Virus record (IMG/VR): IMGVR_UViG_3300021958_000026
Origin: an uncultured virus (IMG/VR IMGVR_UViG_3300021958_000026)
Lineage: Duplodnaviria > Heunggongvirae > Uroviricota > Caudoviricetes
Direction: 5' to 3' (one strand)
DNA: 64,000 nt
Part shown: positions 48,657 to 55,888 of the stretch, one piece after another
Numbering within the stretch: the first letter of the stretch is position 1
Layout: the number at the start of each line of letters is the position of its first letter
Program-made: the position numbers and the translations under genes
The notes under the pieces: model-generated
What the model saw: the letters and a program-made list of their open reading frames with translations, nothing else
The model's database searches: none
What the model was told of the DNA's origin: nothing

Positions 48657-49481
48657 CTATGAATGCCTAATTTGGAAAGTATCAACTGTAGTGTCAGTGT
48701 TTGCAGGTGTAATGAGAAGTCTCATGTTACCTGAATTCACATCTGAACTAAGTGAGAACAATGATGATGATGAATACACGTCACCGTATTGGATGAAATA
48801 TGCATTCGTACCATCGTTAATCAACAATACTTCTGCAGCATGTGTTCCTGCAGAGGCGTGAGTTGCATTTATAACATACTTAATCGCTTTGTTTGCGACT
48901 CCATTGGATGATAAAACTTGGTCAGCAGTTGTTGCACTGAAAGTGTTAGCCGTATAATAACCTTGCACAAGATTTTGTGTGTCGGTTATTGCAACGACTT
49001 CAACTGTATCACCATTTACAGCATTTTCTGCAAGGGTTATTACGGTTGATGAAGTTGCAGTATAGTCTGAACCACTTATTAACTTAACACCATTAATAAA
49101 AACTTGTTCAGAACCTACTTGGTACTGAAGTGTGTTTGAATTATCATCTGCACCACTGATACCTGTACCAGTAGATGTGATTGAATAGGTGAAAGTTTCA
49201 ATTCCTGATGAAGGAAGTGCAGTGAAACTTAACTGTCCTGAACCATCAGTTGTTAATGCTTCGTTAGAGTTACCATCACTTGTTGGAAAAGAGTACGCAT
49301 CGTTAACAGTAAGAGTTGCAGGATTTGAACCAACTTCTACAATAGAAGCTGTTCCATTATCTGCCTCAGTATAGACCCTACCATGATATGTATTAATCGC
49401 TAATTCACCGAGTGATAAATCACCAGTGGTCGGCGAAGAACCTTGAGTCGAACTTCTCTTAAATTGAATTACTGTTGCCAT
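48657..49481 (-). CDS. Virion structural/fibre protein
   Basis: MATVIQFKRS..GELAIN N-terminus, VFINGVKL..DY domain, shared C-terminal domain. Confidence 0.7.
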   Translation of the reverse strand: MATVIQFKRSSTQGSSPTTGDLSLGELAINTYHGRVYTEADNGTASIVEVGSNPATLTVNDAYSFPTSDGNSNEALTTDGSGQLSFTALPSSGIETFTYSITSTGTGISGADDNSNTLQYQVGSEQVFINGVKLISGSDYTATSSTVITLAENAVNGDTVEVVAITDTQNLVQGYYTANTFSATTADQVLSSNGVANKAIKYVINATHASAGTHAAEVLLINDGTNAYFIQYGDVYSSSSLFSLSSDVNSGNMRLLITPANTDTTVDTFQIRHS

Positions 49482-49510
49482 TTGCTACTCCTATAAACGA
49501 TTAATTATTG

Positions 49511-50926
49511 TTAGAATGAACCACCGTCTATGTTGGAGATAGAAACTTCACCAGCACCAGTTACTGAGAACTCTGAAGAAGCAAATGATGCCACACCAAC
49601 TTGTGATGTAGAAGCAATCGCATTTTCAATAGTTATAGAACCGTCTGCGTTGGTGATTGTTACACCGTTAGAGCCTGCAGTTAGAGCTGCAAGTTCCATG
49701 TCTCCGTTAGAACCGTTACCAATTAATAATTGACCTGCAGTTGGAGCTGCACCATCGACTGAAGTAATTGAACCTGATAATGCAAGACCTGTTGCTTCTA
49801 ATCCACCAAATACTGCATCCATTGCTGTACCTGTGAATACTGAAGAACTGTCTGTTGCATCATGTAATGCTACGAACTTCTCATTAGATTCGTCCATACC
49901 GAAGAAACCTACTTTAGCAGATCCATCGTTATATTTGAATTTAATACCTCTATCGAGGTTGTCGTCTGCAGAATCGTCACCAATTTCAAATACAGGGTCT
50001 GCAATTGATACTGTTGTTGAGTCTACAGTTGTGGTTGTTCCTGAAACTGTTAAGTTTCCTGTAACTGTTAGGTCATTTCCTACTGTTACGTCATTAGGTA
50101 AACCGATTGTTATTGTTTGTCCTGAAGCAGATGTTTCAATCTCATTAGATGTACCAGCAATCGTTAATGATTGTGAATCTAAATCAATTGCACCTGTTCC
50201 TGAATCACCAGCAACGTCTAAATCTTGAGCAGTTACTTGTGAATCAACGTATGCTTTAACAGATTGTTGTGAAGGGACTTTGACATCTGAATCAGAGTTC
50301 ATGTCATCTTCGTCAACTAAGAAGTCAATCATACCGACTTCAACTGCGTTAGAAGCGATTGTGACTGCACCATTAGATGCAAGTGTCACGTCTCCACTTA
50401 GTGTTACGTTGTCAAATGAATCTGAACCGTCATGAACAAGGATTTGTCCTGATGATGGAGTAGAGATATCTGAGTCAGATGCACCTGCAAGTGTTGATGT
50501 TGTTGAAAGGAAAGATAGGTTACCTGAACCGTCTGTTCCTAATACTTGGTTTGCACTACCATCTGATGCTGGAAGTACAAAAGTTAAGTCTGAAGCGACT
50601 GAGTCTGGCGACTTAAGTGCAACGAAGTGAACACCATTGTCCGAATCTTCGTAAAACTTTACAGAACCACCTGATGTTGAACCGTTACCGACTTTGAAAT
50701 CTGCTGGTGTAGCAGATGAACCATCAATAATATCGGTATAGAACTTACCACCAATCGCATGGATTAATGGAGTACTATTGTCGGAGTCAACTGATTCTAT
50801 GAAAAGTTTTGCACCAGCACCACTGTTACTTCTGTCCTGAATATACGCCAATTCTCCTTCTGAAAGGTCTGACGTAGTAGGTGCAGAAACCCCAGTACTT
50901 CTTTTAATTTGAATTACTGTTGCCAT
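49511..50926 (-). CDS. Tail fibre-like structural protein
   Basis: MATVIQIKRS..GELAY N-terminus, GNLTVSGTTTTVDS, ends IDGGSF. Confidence 0.75.
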   Translation of the reverse strand: MATVIQIKRSTGVSAPTTSDLSEGELAYIQDRSNSGAGAKLFIESVDSDNSTPLIHAIGGKFYTDIIDGSSATPADFKVGNGSTSGGSVKFYEDSDNGVHFVALKSPDSVASDLTFVLPASDGSANQVLGTDGSGNLSFLSTTSTLAGASDSDISTPSSGQILVHDGSDSFDNVTLSGDVTLASNGAVTIASNAVEVGMIDFLVDEDDMNSDSDVKVPSQQSVKAYVDSQVTAQDLDVAGDSGTGAIDLDSQSLTIAGTSNEIETSASGQTITIGLPNDVTVGNDLTVTGNLTVSGTTTTVDSTTVSIADPVFEIGDDSADDNLDRGIKFKYNDGSAKVGFFGMDESNEKFVALHDATDSSSVFTGTAMDAVFGGLEATGLALSGSITSVDGAAPTAGQLLIGNGSNGDMELAALTAGSNGVTITNADGSITIENAIASTSQVGVASFASSEFSVTGAGEVSISNIDGGSF

Positions 50927-51071
50927 TTTATTTCTCCTAAAATGTGTTTAATTTAAATAAGCTTATTCTAGTTCACATATCCCTAGAAGACCATTATATA
51001 CCTGTCCACTCACCATGTGGGTCGTGTCTCACTGAATGACACCTTGATTTGTACTAGTATTTATAACATCT

Positions 51072-51953
51072 TTAACCTCTAACGAGGTCTAAAGTGCAAC
51101 AATGTAGTCCACCTGATAACTCACGTGTGTATCTTAGAGGTACAGGTATACAATTAAATCCTTTCTTACCCAATTTATCCATTAATTTTACTTGACTTTC
51201 ATTCACAAACAGTGTATTATGATTAAGAGAAAGAGTATTCATACCAATCATTTTTCCTGCTATCTTGTCTTTAATGACAGGTCTCTCCTCTACGATATCC
51301 TCATCATGTATCCAAATAATGTCCCAATCTTTAAAAAATACTGGTACATTGTCTTTGTTGACTCTGTTAGCATTAATCATAACTGTACCCTCTGATATGG
51401 GAACAATAGTTGTGTCTATGTGTGATATGTTATCTCTTAGAGAAATGTAATCAATATTTTTATTAGGAAATTGTTTTTCTAACCACAATCTTCCATATCG
51501 ATTTGCAGTTTCGTTTGTTGCAATGAGTAGATTATCTCCCAGTCTACAGATATTTGCACCATCAAAAATAATATCAAATTCTGAATTCCAAGAAGGTTTG
51601 GGGCCTGATATCCATGTGTATCCTTCAGACCATTTTTCAAAAAATATTTTTTTAAGTGTAGATAGATTTCCGTACTCTTTTTCATATCGCATAGACCCTT
51701 CAACTATAACATCATCTATGACGACAGCACAATCCCTAACATTATAACACATTCCATTAGGTCTGTAAACCTTTACATTATTGGATTCTAGAATATTAAC
51801 AAATTTGTTAAGTCCTTCTTCTGCCTCAACAAATATATCGTATATGAATTCAGTAGTATGATACTCTGAATAATTGTCTTGTTTTTGAAATCCTTTGAGT
51901 GTCCCTACAACAATCTCACGTAGTGGAGACCACTCGTCACGTGAACATAACAT
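51072..51953 (-). CDS. Amidinotransferase (glycine/inosamine amidinotransferase-like, pentein superfamily)
   Basis: EWSPLREIVVG, NVRD, FDGAN, HIDTT, SGGLHCCTLD catalytic Asp/His/Cys motifs. Confidence 0.88.
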   Translation of the reverse strand: MLCSRDEWSPLREIVVGTLKGFQKQDNYSEYHTTEFIYDIFVEAEEGLNKFVNILESNNVKVYRPNGMCYNVRDCAVVIDDVIVEGSMRYEKEYGNLSTLKKIFFEKWSEGYTWISGPKPSWNSEFDIIFDGANICRLGDNLLIATNETANRYGRLWLEKQFPNKNIDYISLRDNISHIDTTIVPISEGTVMINANRVNKDNVPVFFKDWDIIWIHDEDIVEERPVIKDKIAGKMIGMNTLSLNHNTLFVNESQVKLMDKLGKKGFNCIPVPLRYTRELSGGLHCCTLDLVRG

Positions 51954-51969
51954 AAATTTTTTAAATTAT

Positions 51970-52188
51970 CTAAAAAGTTCCACCATCTAAAACATTAGAG
52001 GTTTCCCACTTGTCTGTAGTAGCGTTATACTTCAATACACCTTCATCTGTTTCAATTACGTTAACATCTGCAAGTTCGTTAATAGATTTTGCAGACAAGT
52101 TTACATTAGTTGATGAGTTACCAACTGCAACCTGTTTTGCACGAATTGTATTGTTTGTTAATACTCTTGCTTTAATATTTCCTGCCAT
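51970..52188 (-). CDS. Small structural protein
   Basis: LADV...GVLKYNATTDKW fibre-type motif; ends LDGGTF. Confidence 0.65.
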   Translation of the reverse strand: MAGNIKARVLTNNTIRAKQVAVGNSSTNVNLSAKSINELADVNVIETDEGVLKYNATTDKWETSNVLDGGTF

Positions 52189-52192
52189 TTTA

Positions 52193-52525
52193 TTACCTCG
52201 TTACGCCTGGTGTGACAATTGCTTGTCCTTCTATAACACGAGTTTTCTGACCAGCACTGCTTTCAATATTTAGGTCATACACGTATCTTCCACCTTCCAG
52301 TCCTGCAGTTACAGTATCGGTTAACGAGATAGTCACCTGTCCTGCTAATTCTGCAATAGACGTATCAAAGGTTGCAGCAACTGTAGATGAGGTATAAGTT
52401 CTTCTCACTTGTGCAGTTGCAGTGTAACCACTTAATTCTAAAACTTCCCCTGCAGAATCTGTAACGTCTACAGTAATGGAAAAATCAGTACCTTGGTCTA
52501 TGTATATGTTTGCAATTATCGCCAT
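52193..52525 (-). CDS. Conserved virion adaptor-like protein
   Basis: IDQGTDF..GRYVYDL..RVIEG...TPGVT; late promoter at 52531. Confidence 0.7.
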   Translation of the reverse strand: MAIIANIYIDQGTDFSITVDVTDSAGEVLELSGYTATAQVRRTYTSSTVAATFDTSIAELAGQVTISLTDTVTAGLEGGRYVYDLNIESSAGQKTRVIEGQAIVTPGVTR

Positions 52526-52533
52526 AATACTAT

Positions 52534-53349
52534 TTATACACTCGTGTTACTTGGATTCTTAGAGAATCTTGCAGTAGGAACGGACTGGTGAATTTTTTCT
52601 AATGTTCCACCATCGTTTACATATACTTCATCAAGTTTTCTAAGTGTTCCACTATCATTCACAAAAACACCTTTAACCTTTGCAACTGGCCCAACGGTTC
52701 TTGTAGTTGGGTAGGATACTTGATAGGTAAATGGTGACCTTATAGTATAAGGAATCTGATATGCAACTTGATAGGTAAATGGTGTTTGACTATTTGCAAT
52801 ATACGGACTCTGTGCATTTACAGGGTTTCTATATGTAGAAGGTGACCTATGTTGATAGGTAAACGGATTCCTTGCATTTGCAATGTAAGGATATGCCTGT
52901 TGTGCAGACCTAATATTTGGTTCCTGTGCATTTGCAATGTACGGATAGGGTTGTTGAGCATTTGCAATGTACGGATAAGGTTGTTGATTGTTATACGTGA
53001 AAGGTGTTCTACCTTGTCTAGCATACGTTGCAGGTTGTCTGTTACTATAGGTAAATGGTGTTTGACCTTGACGTGCATAGGTAACAGGTTGTCTATTTTG
53101 ATATGTAAACGGTTGTCTGTTCTGATAAGTAAATGGTTGTCTACTCTGATACGTAAACGGTGTTTGACCCTGTCTTGCATAGGTTACAGGTTGTCTTGCA
53201 TTAGCAATATATGGACTTTGTGCATTCGCAATATAAGGATACGGTTGCTGTGCATTAGCAATATAAGGCGTTCTACCCTGCAATGCATAAGGTGTTTGAC
53301 CTTGTGCAATATAAGGATACGGTTGTTGTGTGGTTTGCAACTCTGCCAT
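52534..53349 (-). CDS. Repeat-array fibre protein C (reverse-complement partner of D)
   Basis: Residues 8-193 are 22 repeat units; C-terminal VFVNDSGTL/VYVNDGGTL docking-like motifs. Confidence 0.8.
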   Translation of the reverse strand: MAELQTTQQPYPYIAQGQTPYALQGRTPYIANAQQPYPYIANAQSPYIANARQPVTYARQGQTPFTYQSRQPFTYQNRQPFTYQNRQPVTYARQGQTPFTYSNRQPATYARQGRTPFTYNNQQPYPYIANAQQPYPYIANAQEPNIRSAQQAYPYIANARNPFTYQHRSPSTYRNPVNAQSPYIANSQTPFTYQVAYQIPYTIRSPFTYQVSYPTTRTVGPVAKVKGVFVNDSGTLRKLDEVYVNDGGTLEKIHQSVPTARFSKNPSNTSV

Positions 53350-54461
53350 TTTTAGTTCTCGTTAAACTGTCCTGTAGATGCAATCAGTTCTATTCCACCT
53401 GAAGTATAAGTTGTAATATAACTGTCACTACTTCCTGAAGGAGTTGCACGGACTGTAAATGTTACACCATATGTGCCACCAATACCAGTTTCAACCCTTG
53501 AAAAGGACGAACCATAGTTTGGATTAACCTTTGCCATCCAACCAAATGTTGTGAGTGAATAATATGTTCCTGAATTATACCCATCGGTAACTGGTGTGGG
53601 CCCAAATGCACCACTCATACAATTACCTGAACACGATTGCTGAGATACTGTATATTTACATTCAAATGTTGAAGAATCTGTTACTGGAGACTGATAATTA
53701 ATTGAGTCGGTATACACTGTTGCCATTTGTGCTGAAGTACCAGCTTTCCAGCTAACATCGACTTGGTTATTTGTAGTGTCTAAACTAAACCCCATTGTTG
53801 CGAATGCTTCAGGGAATCCTGAAGAGTTAACACTTTGACGAGGAACCCATGGACTTGCACCTGATGGGCCCCAAGATTGGTCTAGAGGACTGATGCTTTG
53901 TGTTCCAGTTGCATTAAACGTATAAGGTGTCTGTGCAATATATGGGTAAGGTTGTTGATTACTATACGTAAATGGTGACCTACCCTGTCTTGCATAGGTA
54001 AACGGTTGTCTATGATTATAGGTAAACGGACTTTGATACGATGCAATGTACGGATACGGTTGTTGAGCGTTTGCAATATAAGGTGACTGAGCATTTGCAA
54101 TGTATGGACTCTGACCATTTGCAATGTATGGACTCTGTTTGTTTGCTATGTACGGATAGGGTTGTTGAGCATTAGCAATGTATGGAGTCTGACTATTTGC
54201 GATATAAGGATACGGTTGTTGTGCATTTGCAACATATGGTGTTCTACCCTGTCTTGCATACGTGAAAGGAGTCTGTCCCTGACGTGCATACGTGAACGGA
54301 GAACGATAGTTATAGGTAAAAGGTGTTCTACCTTGGTTTTGGTATGTAAAGGGTTGCTGAGCGTTTCTTATAAATGGTGTCTGTGCATTTACAGGACTTC
54401 TGTAGGTAAACGGTTGTCTGTTTTGATACGTACTAGGTTGTCTTGCGTTTGCAGGAGTCTG
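52771..54461 (-). repeat. Coding tandem repeat arrays of genes C (52771-53328) and D (53904-54461)
   Basis: Same 18/24/30-nt unit vocabulary as A/B in a different order. Confidence 0.9.
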
Positions 54462-54566
54462 TGCAGGAGTCTGTCTGACTTCTAGCGATTGAGCATTTCT
54501 TACAGATTGACCTTGGTACGGTTGTTGAAAACTCGACCCTGTGTTTATATAGATTTCATCAGCCAT
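53352..54566 (-). CDS. Repeat-array fibre protein D with C-terminal ~180-aa globular domain
   Basis: Residues 36-221 are 22 repeat units, followed by a non-repetitive S/T/G-rich beta-type domain. Confidence 0.8.
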   Translation of the reverse strand: MADEIYINTGSSFQQPYQGQSVRNAQSLEVRQTPAQTPANARQPSTYQNRQPFTYRSPVNAQTPFIRNAQQPFTYQNQGRTPFTYNYRSPFTYARQGQTPFTYARQGRTPYVANAQQPYPYIANSQTPYIANAQQPYPYIANKQSPYIANGQSPYIANAQSPYIANAQQPYPYIASYQSPFTYNHRQPFTYARQGRSPFTYSNQQPYPYIAQTPYTFNATGTQSISPLDQSWGPSGASPWVPRQSVNSSGFPEAFATMGFSLDTTNNQVDVSWKAGTSAQMATVYTDSINYQSPVTDSSTFECKYTVSQQSCSGNCMSGAFGPTPVTDGYNSGTYYSLTTFGWMAKVNPNYGSSFSRVETGIGGTYGVTFTVRATPSGSSDSYITTYTSGGIELIASTGQFNEN

Positions 54567-54567
54567 A

Positions 54568-55683
54568 TCATATCACAAACCATAAATGACCAGTTGCAGT
54601 ACTACCTACACCTGAAGGTGCAGTAGATGTGGTCTCATAATCTAAACTAATACTACCTGAACTGTAACTAACACCGTTACTACCACTTAAGTGTGCATCT
54701 ACATCAGAGTCACCATATTGAGCAGCAGCAGAAAATGATAATGTTCCTGCATTATCATCATAAGTAACAGTTATGTTACTGTGAGTTGCACTTGTAATCA
54801 TAGATGCAGCTGCATCTTGTGCTTGTTCATCTGTGTAGTTTGCAGGTGCATCACCTGCTTCCCAATCACCTGTTGAAACATTATAAATTAATAACTGACC
54901 GTTTGTTGCACCAGTGGTGTTAATGTCTGAAAGACTATTTACACTATGATTAGTAATGTCTGATACTTGACCAGTGACATCACCAACAAATGCAGTTGAT
55001 GTAATAGAGGTTGCACCTGTAATAGCACCACCATCTAAAGTAAGTGTTCCGTTTGTTGCAGTGTCAAAAGTGAATGTTGTTCCACTTGCAAGTGTAAGGT
55101 CATCTTCACCATACACTCTTCCTGCAAATTGAATTGTATATCCTGTCTCTAGTGCAACGGTTTTATCAGCACCATCACCATTTAAAATAATACCGTTATC
55201 ATTATTATTGTAAATAGTGTTTAATGCAGTTTCTGTAAAGTATGTTGAGGTTGCACCATCACCGACAACACCTAAGTATGAACCAGTGAATGCATAAACA
55301 GTAATCTTATCACCATTAGTTGCAGCAACAACTAAATCAATTCTATCTGCAAGACCATCTGACACAGGCCCAATAGAATAATCATCACCTTCAATTAAGT
55401 GTTGAGTGTTTTTAAAGACTTGAATTCTGTTAGGTTTAAAAGATAATGTATTGCTGAATGCATCAACACCTTCGTATCTTGAAAGTGTAGAACCATGTGT
55501 TCCAGCAGTATAGATAAACTCCTGAAAGAAGAACGACTTATCTTCGATACTATTAATTGCATCTACGATAGTACTTTGTTTTTCAGTTCTAAGACCTGAC
55601 CTGTCACCAACGTCATTAGCGAGGTCATTATAATTACGTCTAAAATCTTCTAATGTACTGTGATTGTCTACTGTTCTAGCCAC
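54568..55683 (-). CDS. Fibre base/neck-appendage-like structural protein
   Basis: N-terminal TLEDFRRNYNDLA..VDAIN; EQAQDAAA repeat shared with 45473-46990; C-terminal APSG...GHLWFVI. Confidence 0.7.
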   Translation of the reverse strand: MARTVDNHSTLEDFRRNYNDLANDVGDRSGLRTEKQSTIVDAINSIEDKSFFFQEFIYTAGTHGSTLSRYEGVDAFSNTLSFKPNRIQVFKNTQHLIEGDDYSIGPVSDGLADRIDLVVAATNGDKITVYAFTGSYLGVVGDGATSTYFTETALNTIYNNNDNGIILNGDGADKTVALETGYTIQFAGRVYGEDDLTLASGTTFTFDTATNGTLTLDGGAITGATSITSTAFVGDVTGQVSDITNHSVNSLSDINTTGATNGQLLIYNVSTGDWEAGDAPANYTDEQAQDAAASMITSATHSNITVTYDDNAGTLSFSAAAQYGDSDVDAHLSGSNGVSYSSGSISLDYETTSTAPSGVGSTATGHLWFVI

Positions 55684-55888
55684 TTAATTTCCCCATGAGT
55701 TCAGTTAAGAGAGACTTAATTTCACCCATCTCTTCTTTTAATGTATTTATCTCGTTTACCTGATTCCTAAAAATCTCTTTTCTTTTCTTTGCAAGTCTCC
55801 ACTGTTCAATATCAGTAGACACGATTGCTTGAGAACTATCGTCTCTATATAAATGTGTTGCACCTTCTACTTTAATATAATCAGACAT
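55676..55888 (-). CDS. Small conserved coiled-coil protein
   Basis: KVEG..LYRD..S.AIV...EINTLKEEMGEIKSLL; coupled to the upstream gene. Confidence 0.7.
   Translation of the reverse strand: MSDYIKVEGATHLYRDDSSQAIVSTDIEQWRLAKKRKEIFRNQVNEINTLKEEMGEIKSLLTELMGKLSG

Noticed and set aside
43614..54485. Alternative-frame and plus-strand ORFs over the repeat genes (e.g. 43711-44016, 52818-53180, 52849-53355, 54162-54485)
   Set aside because: Shadow ORFs caused by repeat periodicity; no RBS or promoter support.
43621..54566. Mirror arrays explained by DNA-level inverted repeats or antisense coding
   Set aside because: All four genes are on the same strand. The reverse complement of an A-class unit (TGCATTTGCAATGTAAGGATACGGTTGTTG) does not encode or resemble an F-class unit (AGACAACCGTTTACCTATGCAAGACAGGGT), so the complementarity exists only at the peptide level.
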